In this document: positions 50,206 through 64,000 of the stretch, in pieces
Layout: each line of letters begins with the position of its first letter
Numbering within the stretch: position 1 is the stretch's first letter
Origin: the human T2T-CHM13v2.0 reference genome, Homo sapiens
Assembly: GCF_009914755.1 (NCBI RefSeq)
Contig: NC_060936.1
DNA length: 64,000 nt
Direction: 5' to 3' (one strand)
Notes under the pieces: model-generated
Seen by the model: only the letters and a program-made list of their open reading frames with translations
The model's database searches: none
Told to the model about the DNA's origin: nothing
Translations under genes and position numbers: made by a program

Positions 50206-50510
50206 GGCCAGGCGCGGTGGCTCACACCTGTAATCCCAGCACTTTGGGAGGCTAAGCCAGGTGGATGGCTTGAGCCCAAGAGTTTGACACCAGCCTGGGC
50301 AACACAGTGAAACCCATGTCTACAAAACAAAATAAAACAAACATTAGCCAGGTATGGTAGTACATGCCTGTAGTTCCAGCTACTCAAGAGGCTGAGGTGG
50401 GAGGATCACTCGAGGTAGAGGTTGCAGTGAGTCAGGATCACAACACTGCACTCCAGTATGGGTGAGAGAGTAAGACACTGTCTCAAAAAAAAAAAAAAAA
50501 AAAAAAAAAA
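50206..50510 (+). mobile_element. AluJb-like
   Basis: Dimer with poly(A). Confidence 0.88.
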
Positions 50511-50939
50511 GTGGGGGAATATGTAAGGTAACAAGAAAATCTACACAAAAGCTTTAAAAATGGAAAGGAAATACAGTGAAATATTAACACTGTATGGCTA
50601 GTGTGTGTACTTTCAAGTTATTTTTTCTTTGCTTTCTAGTTTTAATAACCAGGCATTTTCTGTGATTTTAAAAATTCTTTCTCAAATTAGAAACTATATA
50701 TATATGCTATATATATGACCCATATAATAACAAATCTAGGTAAGTTGGCTTTATGTTACAGCATATTTGTTTTTCCCATTTCAAAATGTTATTTATTAAG
50801 CACGGTGTCGTTCTATAACCATTTTCTGAACATTTCCCCAAATCTTTACCAAAACAAAGCTCTCTTAAATTCTTTCTCCATTATATTTCTTTCCAACTCC
50901 TCCCTGAGTAATACATATTTAGTGGGAATAAAGTTTTTA

Positions 50940-51228
<289 letters not shown>

Positions 51229-51941
51229 AATTTTTATTTCCAAGAGTATAAAATTATTCTGCATTTAAAAGCAACATTATAACCCCACATCTAAAAGACC
51301 CAGGGAGGAGTGAAAAACATTTGTTGGAAGTGTACTTTCTGTATACTAAGTTTCCTTGTTCTATAAAAATATGGTAATATTTGTTTGATACATTCGACAA
51401 CCGCAACCAAAATTTATTTTGAGTTTACAGTCCGCAACATGAATTTCTAAAAATATCATACTAACATTCAAGTTTAATTGGCACAGACATATCTGCTATG
51501 TTTAACAGAAACAAAGAGTCACACATGGGGAATGACAGTTCTGAGTTTTTCTCTCTTTCCAGCAAATATGCTTCATTAGCCATTACGCTTTTTTCCTCTA
51601 GAGTTTCTCTGAGGTCACTGCCATGTTGCTTCCTATCAGACAAGTTAACATTGAGGAACCTGTGCCTGTGTGCAATCTCAGCAGATTTGCACTTATTGTT
51701 GTGTTACTTTTCTTTTTTTTACATACACATTGTTAAACATATATCTAAGGCCAGAGAAAAAGGGAAAAGTATAATGAACTCCCATGTACTCACTACCCAG
51801 CTTCAATAATTATCAATAGTTTACTATTCTTGTTTTATCTACTCCCCTCCCAACTTTTTAAGACAGGGAGCAGGCATTGAAGTATTTTAAAAGAAATCTT
51901 AGACATGATTAGATGAAAATTTCCGGCTAGCAAACTAAAAA

Positions 51942-52544
<603 letters not shown>

Positions 52545-52649
52545 TCTAAAAAGTTTTAAAGGCATTTGTCTTCTTTCGCTTAAAACGTAAGATATTAAAA
52601 ATATTAAAATATTAAACTTAACATCTAATATAGTTCACATTAGAATCCA

Positions 52650-52960
52650 GCCAGGCACAGTGGGACACATTTGTAATCCCAGTGCTTTGGGAGGCCGAGG
52701 CAGGAGGATCACTTGAGCGCAGAAGTTCAAGACCAGCCTGGGCAACAAAGTGAAACCCCACCTCTACAAAAAAAGTTTTAAAAATTAGCCAGACATGGTG
52801 GCATATACCTATAGCCCCAGCTATTCGGAAAGCTGAGGTATAGGATCACCTGAGCCCAGGAGGTCAAGGCTGCCGTGAGCTGTGATCGCTCTACTGCACA
52901 GCAGCTTAGGCAACATCTGTCTCAAAAAACAAAAAAAAAAGAAGAAGAAGAAAAAAAAAG
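52650..52960 (+). mobile_element. AluJ
   Basis: Dimer with A-rich tail. Confidence 0.86.
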
Positions 52961-53438
52961 AATTTAAGCGACTCTCTCACCAGAAGCAGAACCCACAGTA
53001 TCTAAGACCAGGTTCTTTTCCTGGCAAGACATACTGCCACTTTAAAAACTTGACTACATCACAAGACCTCTTGGACTCCTGAACCTAGTTCAATAAACAA
53101 ATAAATGTTTAGATCATACTCGTTTTGTCAAACAACAATAAATAAATAAATTTCCTGTATAATTTTCAACTCATGAGAACCTGACATTTTCTCAAATGTT
53201 GTGTTATACACCAGAGCAGAATCTGTAAATTAATCAAACCTCTTCCTCCTTTGGGTAAAAGGACAGACCTTTCAACAAGTGTGCTTTCAAGGAGACCAAT
53301 TTAATTAATTAATGGCTATGTATTTTTCTAAGGTCAGAACTACAGTCCCCATATGCAGAGAATATATTATTGGGTACAGCTGAAAACTGGTTCCTTTTGG
53401 CATAACATCAATAAACAGAGTACTACTGAAAGCCAAGG

Positions 53439-53740
53439 GTTTTTTTTCCTTTAGAGACTGGGTCTTGCTTTGTCAACCCAGGCTGGGGTGCAGTGGTACG
53501 ATCATAGCTCACAGCAGCCTTGAACCCCTGAGCTCAAGTGATCCTCCTGCCTTAGCCTCCTGGGTAGCTCGGGGTACAGGCACCTGCCACTATATCTGGC
53601 TAATTCTTTAAAAATTTTTTTAGAGACACGAAGTCTCGCTTTGTTGTACACGCTGTTTCTGAATTCCTGGCTTCAGGTGATCCTTCCGAGTGGACCTCCC
53701 GAAGTGCTGGGATTACAGGCATGAGCCACCATGCCTGGCC
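53439..53740 (-). mobile_element. AluJ
   Basis: Antisense dimer. Confidence 0.86.
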
Positions 53741-54053
53741 AAGTTCATTTTTAAATTCTGACTTTAGTAAGAAAGTTTAGAAATGAGAGATAAAATGTAG
53801 CATCTGCCCCTATCAGCAATGATAACCAAGTCTTCTTGTTATCGTAAAACGGCACTGACTTTTTCCTTAATTCTAAGAAAAGGAATCCTGATTTTTTAAA
53901 AAATGTGCATAAAACTTAAGGTTACAATTTTTAAAATTATTCTGAAACAAATATTATTATTTTAATTACGCTATCTATATGGCTCTAATTTTCTATTCTT
54001 TAGAAAATTATTACTTTCTTGGGTCCTATGGGTTTCCATAAAAGGCCATTCTT

Positions 54054-54571
54054 TTTTTTTAATGTGACTATTTTTTTTAATTTTTATTTTTATTTTAAGT
54101 TCCAGGGTACAGGTGCAGGATATGCAGGTTTGTTACACAGGTAAATGTGTGCCATGGTGGTTTGCTGCACCTATCAACCCATCACCTAGGTATTAAGCCC
54201 AGTATGCACTAAATATATTTTTCCTAATGCTCTCTTCCCCCATCCCAACCTCCAACAGACCCCAGTGTGTGTTGTTCCCCTCCCTGTGTCCATGTGTTCT
54301 CACTATTCACCTCCCATTTGTAAGTGAGAATATGCAGTGTTTGGTTTTCTGCTCCTGTGTTAGTTTGCTGAGGATAATGGCTCCCAGGTCCCAGTCTATC
54401 ATTGATGGGCATTTGGGTTGATTCCACGTCTTTGCTACTGCAGATAGTGCCTCAGTGAACATACGCATGCATGCATCTTTGTAACAGGATGATTTATATT
54501 CCTTTGGGTATATACCCAGTAATGGGATTGTTGGGTCAAATGGTATTTCTGGTTCTAGATCTCTGAGGAAT
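54054..54571 (-). mobile_element. 5'-truncated L1PA8/10-like 3' fragment with an internal deletion
   Basis: gtttgctgcacctatcaacccatcacctaggtattaagccc; TSD cataaaaggccattctt (54037, 54572). Confidence 0.85.
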
Positions 54572-54822
54572 CATAAAAGGCCATTCTTTTTTTCTTTTTT
54601 TTTTAAATTTTATTATTATTATACTTTAAGTTTTAGGGTACATGTGCACAATGTGCAAGTTTCTTACATATGTATACATGTGCCATGCTGGTGTGCTGCA
54701 CCCATTAACTCATCATTTAGCATTAGGTATATCTCCTAATGCTATCCCTCCCCCCTCCCCCCACCCCACAACAGTCCCCAGTGTGTGATGTTCCCCTTCC
54801 TGTGTCCATGTGTTCTCATTGT

Positions 54823-58645
<3,823 letters not shown>

Positions 58646-58708
58646 TATGATGTTAGATGGTTATTTTGCTTGTTAGTTGATGCAGTTTCTTCCTAGCCTT
58701 GATGGTCT

Positions 58709-59715
58709 TTACAATTTGGCATGTTTTTGCAGTGGCTGGTACCGGTTGTTCCTTTCCATGTTTAGTGCTTCCTTCAGGAGCTCTTTTAGGGCAGGCCTGG
58801 TGGTGACAAAATCTCTCAGCATTTACTTGTCTGTAAAGTATTTTATTTCTCCTTCACTTATGAAGCTTAGTTTGGCTGGATATGATATTCTGGGTTGAAA
58901 ATTCTTTTCTTTAAGAATGTTGAATATTGGCCCCCACTCTCTTCTGGCTTGTAGAATTTCTGCCAAGAGATCCGCTGTTAGTCTGATGGGCTTCCCTTTG
59001 TGGGTAACCCGACCTTTCTCTCTGGCTGCCCTTAACATTTTTTCCTTCATTTCAACTTTGGTGAATCTGACAATTATGTGTCTTGGAGTTGCTCTCTCGA
59101 GGAGTATCTTTGTCGCGTCCTCTGTATTTCCTGAAATTGAATGTTGGCCTGCCTTGCTAGATTGGGGAAGTTTTCCTATATCCTGCAGAGTGTTTTCCAA
59201 CTTGGTTCCATTCTCCCCGTCACTTTCAGGTACACCAATCAGATGTAGATTTGGTCTTTTCACATAGTCCCATATTTCTTGGAGGCTTTGTTCACTTCTT
59301 TTTATTCTTTTTGCTCTAAACTTCTCTTCTCGCTTCACTTCATTCATTTCGTCTTCCATCACTGATACCCTTTCTGCCAGTTGATCACATCGGCTACTGA
59401 GGCTTCTGCATTCGTCACGTAGCTCTCGTGCCTTGGTTTTCAGCTCCATCAGGTCCTTTAAGGACTTCTCTGCATTGGTTATTCTAGTTATCCATTCATC
59501 TAATTTTTTTTCAAAGCTTTTAACTTCTTTGCCATTGGTTTGAACTTCCTCCTGTAGCTCAGAGTAGTTTGATCATCTGAAGCCTTCTTCTCTCAACTCG
59601 TCAGTCATTCTTTGTCCAGCTTTGTTCCGTTGCTGGTGAGGAGCTGCGTTCCTTTGGAGGAGGAGAGGCACTCTGATTTTTAGAGTTTCCAGTTTTTGTG
59701 CTGTTTTTTTCCCAT
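58709..59715 (-). pseudogene. L1 ORF1 (frameshifted)
   Basis: Start AAAGATGGGAAAAAAACAG; fragments MELKTKARELRDEC...EIWDYVKRPNL...YPAKLSFISEGEIKYFTDK; end ...GCCAAATTGTAA. Confidence 0.88.
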
Positions 59716-60293
59716 CTTTGTGGTTTTATCTACCTTTGGACTTTGATGATGGTGACGTACAGATGGGTTTTTGGTGTGGATGTCCTTTCTGTTTGCTAGT
59801 TTTCCTTCTAACAGACAGGACCCTCAGCTGCAGGTCTGTTGGAGTTTGCTGGAGGTCCACTCCAGACCCTGTTTGCCTGGGTATCAGCAGCAGTGGCTGC
59901 AGAACAGCGGATATTGGTGAACCGCAGATGCTGCTGCCTGATCGTTCTTCTGGAAGTTTTGTCTCAGAGGAGTACCTGGCCGTGTGAGGTGTCAGTCCAC
60001 CCCTACTGGGGGGTGCCTCCCAGTTAGGCTACTCGGGGGTCAGGGACCCACTTGAGGAGGCAGTCTGCCCGTTCTCAGATCTCAAGCTGCATGCTGGGAG
60101 AACCACTACTCTCTTCAAAGCTGTCAGAGAGGGACATTTAAGTCTGCAGAGGTTACTGCTGTCTTTTTGTCTGTGCCCTGCCCCCAGAGGTGGCGCCTAC
60201 AGATGCAGGCAGGCCTCCTTGAGCTGTGGTGGGCTCCACCCAGTTCGAGCTTCCTGGCCGCTTTGTTTACCTAATCAAACAACTAACTTGGCA

Positions 60294-60557
60294 ATGACAG
60301 GTGCCCCTCCCCCAGCCTCACTGCCACCTTGCAGTTTGATCTCGGACTGCTATGCTAGCAATGAGCGAGACTCCCTGGGAGTAGGACCCTCCGAGCCAGG
60401 TGCGGGATATAATCTCCTGGTGTGCCATTTTTTAAGCCCGTTGGAAAAGCACAATATTAGGGTGGGAGTGAGCCGATTTTCCAGGTGCCCTCTGTCACTG
60501 CTTTCTTTGACTAGGAAAGGGAATTCCCTGACCCCTTGCGCTTCCCGGGTGAGGTGA
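60294..60557 (+). other. L1 antisense ORF0-like open frame (87 aa)
   Basis: MTGAPPPASLPPCSLISDCYASNERDSLGVGPSEPG... homologous to recalled ORF0 (MAGAPPPASLPPCSLISDCC...). Confidence 0.75.
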
Positions 60558-60706
60558 TGCCTCGCCCTGCTTCGGCTTGCGCGTGGTGCGCTGCACCCAC
60601 TGTCCTGCACCTACTGTCTGGCACTCCCCAGTGAGATGAACCCGGTACCTCAGTTGGAAATACAGAAATCACCCGTCTTCTGTGTTGCTCACAATGGGAG
60701 CTGTAG

Positions 60707-61041
<335 letters not shown>

Positions 61042-61895
61042 TAAAAGGCCATTCTTAATTTTCAAAAGAGAACTTTATGACATCTGGGAATTTCAGAGGC
61101 TTTGCAGAACAATATTAAGAAAACTACTGTTTGCTAGGCTTGAGGTCAGGAGTTCAAGACCAGCCTGGGCAACATAGCAAGACCCTATCTCTATTCTACT
61201 TTAAATAAAAAATAAAAATAGAAAACAAGAAAAGAAACCTATTGTTTACAGAATAAAGTGATTCTAGGTCTTTCAGTCAGGTCTGTTTTCTTAACAAAAT
61301 ACACACTGAAGTGTAAAAATACTGCCGAACTGTTTATATTCCTTCAAGAATACTAGCAGATGAGTAAATTGGCAATATGATTAAAAAAAAGAAATATGCA
61401 TGCCTCTTGACCCAGCAGTTTCCTTAGAAATGTGACTTGAAGGAAACATTAAAAATGTGTGCAAAGATTTTCCCACTAGGAGGTTCTCCTCAATGCTGCT
61501 TAAAATAACAAAAAAATCAAAACAACCTCAGAATCTATAGTAAGAGAATCTGTAAATAAGGATATACCTGTAAATAAGGGTGTAAAGTACATGGTATTCT
61601 AGATAATGTAGATATAAAATGGAATTATCTCCACAATATATCATTGGGTTTAAACAGGTTAAGACAGCATCCATAATGATTTTACTACATATGATTAGTA
61701 AGACATTAAATACAAATATTAAAATCAAACAATATATATTAAAGTTAATTATACAGGCATAGAGAGTAGAGAGACATAATGGCTACTAAATGTATTAGTA
61801 GTTATCTCTAAACAGTTGAGTTGCTGTTCATTTTTACTTTCTTTACATTTTCCTGTATTGCTTAAATTTTCTATAAAATGCATATCAGAATTTAA

Positions 61896-62147
<252 letters not shown>

Positions 62148-62455
62148 TTGTTTTTAAAGGCAAAAAGTAAACGTACAAATTCAAGGCATAAGGTGAATAG
62201 GAAGTTTAGCAATTGAAAAAAAATAACCTATCTGACTACTACCCTTTAGGTATTTTAGAGAGTAGGGAAAAGGAGAAGAGAGAAAAAGAAAGGGCTGAAA
62301 CGTGGGAACAATATACAACCTATTAAAACCAGAGAAACTGGGGAGCTGTGGTGGCAAAAAAAAAAAAAAAAAAAAAAGACACAGAAATGCTCACCACTTT
62401 AGCCACATCAAAACCAATGCAGGCAAGAAGCTGCTCTGAAGTCTCCCAACCCTTC

Positions 62456-62600
62456 AGCCAGGCATGGTAGTAGTCCCAGCTATTTTGGAGGCTGAGGCGA
62501 GAGGACTGGTTAAGCCCAGGAGTTTGAAGCTCCGGTGAGCTATGATCTCACCACTGCACTAAAGCCTGGGCAAAAGAGATCCCGTCTCTTAGAAAAAAAA
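62456..62600 (+). mobile_element. Alu right monomer (AluJ/FRAM)
   Basis: agccaggcatggtag...gtgagctatgat...aaagagatcccgtctc. Confidence 0.78.
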
Positions 62601-64000
62601 GTCTAAAAACCCCAAACAAAAGCAATCGCATAGACTAGTCTTAGGAGTTCACTACCTTGATAACAGCGCTAGAGATACTCAGACACTGAGCCCTTTCTAA
62701 AATAATGTAGACGTGTATCAAAGACCAGACAGTTTTATTGTTCTTTTCAGCAATTCCTCATAGATGGTGTTCTTAATTTCCTTATACATATATGAATCAG
62801 AACCCACCCCCCAACCCCCTTGTTTTCTTTTTCCTGGGCTTGGAGCAAGAGGCAATTGCACTGGTGACTCTCCACAATGACATGAGTTCTCAGTTGTTCC
62901 ATGAAAGATTATTACAGTGCAACTACAAGAACAGCACAATAAGAGAAATGGTTCTCACCTCTTTGATCTACAGAAACATGTAGACCTCCAGGGCTTAACA
63001 GAAAAATTTTCCTGGAACTCCTAAACTTTAGGCATAAGACCCAAATAACTTCATTCCTAGCCTTTTAGTTTGTACCCAGGTATCACAAACTTATTTACAA
63101 AGTTTATTCTGACCTATGCAAATAAAATTGGGCACTTTATTAAAACTTCTTTGAATCTATTACTCATGAATAAAACATGAAAAATACTCATACTGATGGA
63201 TAACACTTTACACAACACTGAATCAACTCCCCTTTGCTTGCCTCCTCCTAAAGGACTGGCTTAATTTCAGTAGTAGAACCCAAACATGAATCAATCTCAT
63301 GACTAAGCATTAACTATGCATCCATTTAGCAAATGAAAGTTTATTTTAGCATTTGAAATTCTGTGGTTCTTCAGGAATATAGCCAGATAAATGATTTTTA
63401 CTAACAAATGCAACTAACACCATTTCATCTCCTCTCTAGGAATGACTGAAGACTCTTGACTATCATCTATTCAGCACCTGGAAGCATTACCTTTTTGTAA
63501 TACGAAAAGAAAAACAGCTGAAAGAAAGAAAATATACTTGTCCCTTCAAATATAGATCATATAATCAAATACACCTTAATTCACTGGTAAATATGTCACT
63601 TGGAACATAAGTTCTAACCCCAGATGAAAAATGAAAAGTAAACTTTCTACCATCCTCGTACTGATAGAAAATTCTCATGGGAGAGTAGGGAAAAACAGTC
63701 AGTCTTCGGTCTATTTTAGTTAAACCTTCACATTAGTGGAGGAAACGATGAACTCATGGCAAATTAAGCTACCCTCCCTAAGTTATTTTTCCTCAACAAA
63801 TCAAACTCAAAGACAAGCTTACAAAACTGGAAACACAGAATAAAAGAATAAAAGAGGACACTGTCTCCTATGCCATATTATAGTCCAGAATTAGTTAATC
63901 TAATTCAAAGTATTGGCAAGGATGTTCCATCAACTAGACCAGGTATTTATCATTCATTACCATGTACTGCTTAAGCATGTAAAGTAGCTGAAACACAAAT

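Noticed and set aside
62650-62700. Possible 41-nt exon (ttttag|...AAG|gtagtg)
   Set aside because: Weak donor, frameshifting length and no supporting similarity.

Overview
Human (or great-ape) genomic DNA, read as the 5' part of the minus-strand gene DENND5B (DENN/RUN/PLAT Rab-GEF; chr12p11.21 in human, from recall). The window holds the 110-nt coding exon 2 (336..445) and a 66-nt in-frame cassette exon (4150..4215). The rest is intron, mostly intron 1, and is dominated by repeats: about 50 Alus, a full-length sense-oriented L1PA4-like element (54589..60747), an old L1MA2-like element with nested MSTA and Alus, THE1/MER21/MLT1 LTRs and DNA transposon fossils. It also contains an ANKRD49 processed pseudogene and a Y3 RNA retropseudogene. 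Nearly all long ORFs in the ORF track derive from Alu, L1 or low-complexity sequence. I found no convincing new multi-gene system. The most notable observations are a triple-stacked retrotransposition hotspot sharing one target-site duplication (TSD), two tiny TSD-flanked micro-retrocopies of unknown origin, templated-inversion repair scars, local duplications, the K52 allele of DENND5B and an open ORF0-like frame in the L1. Repeat subfamily calls come from recalled consensus sequences and many boundaries are approximate.
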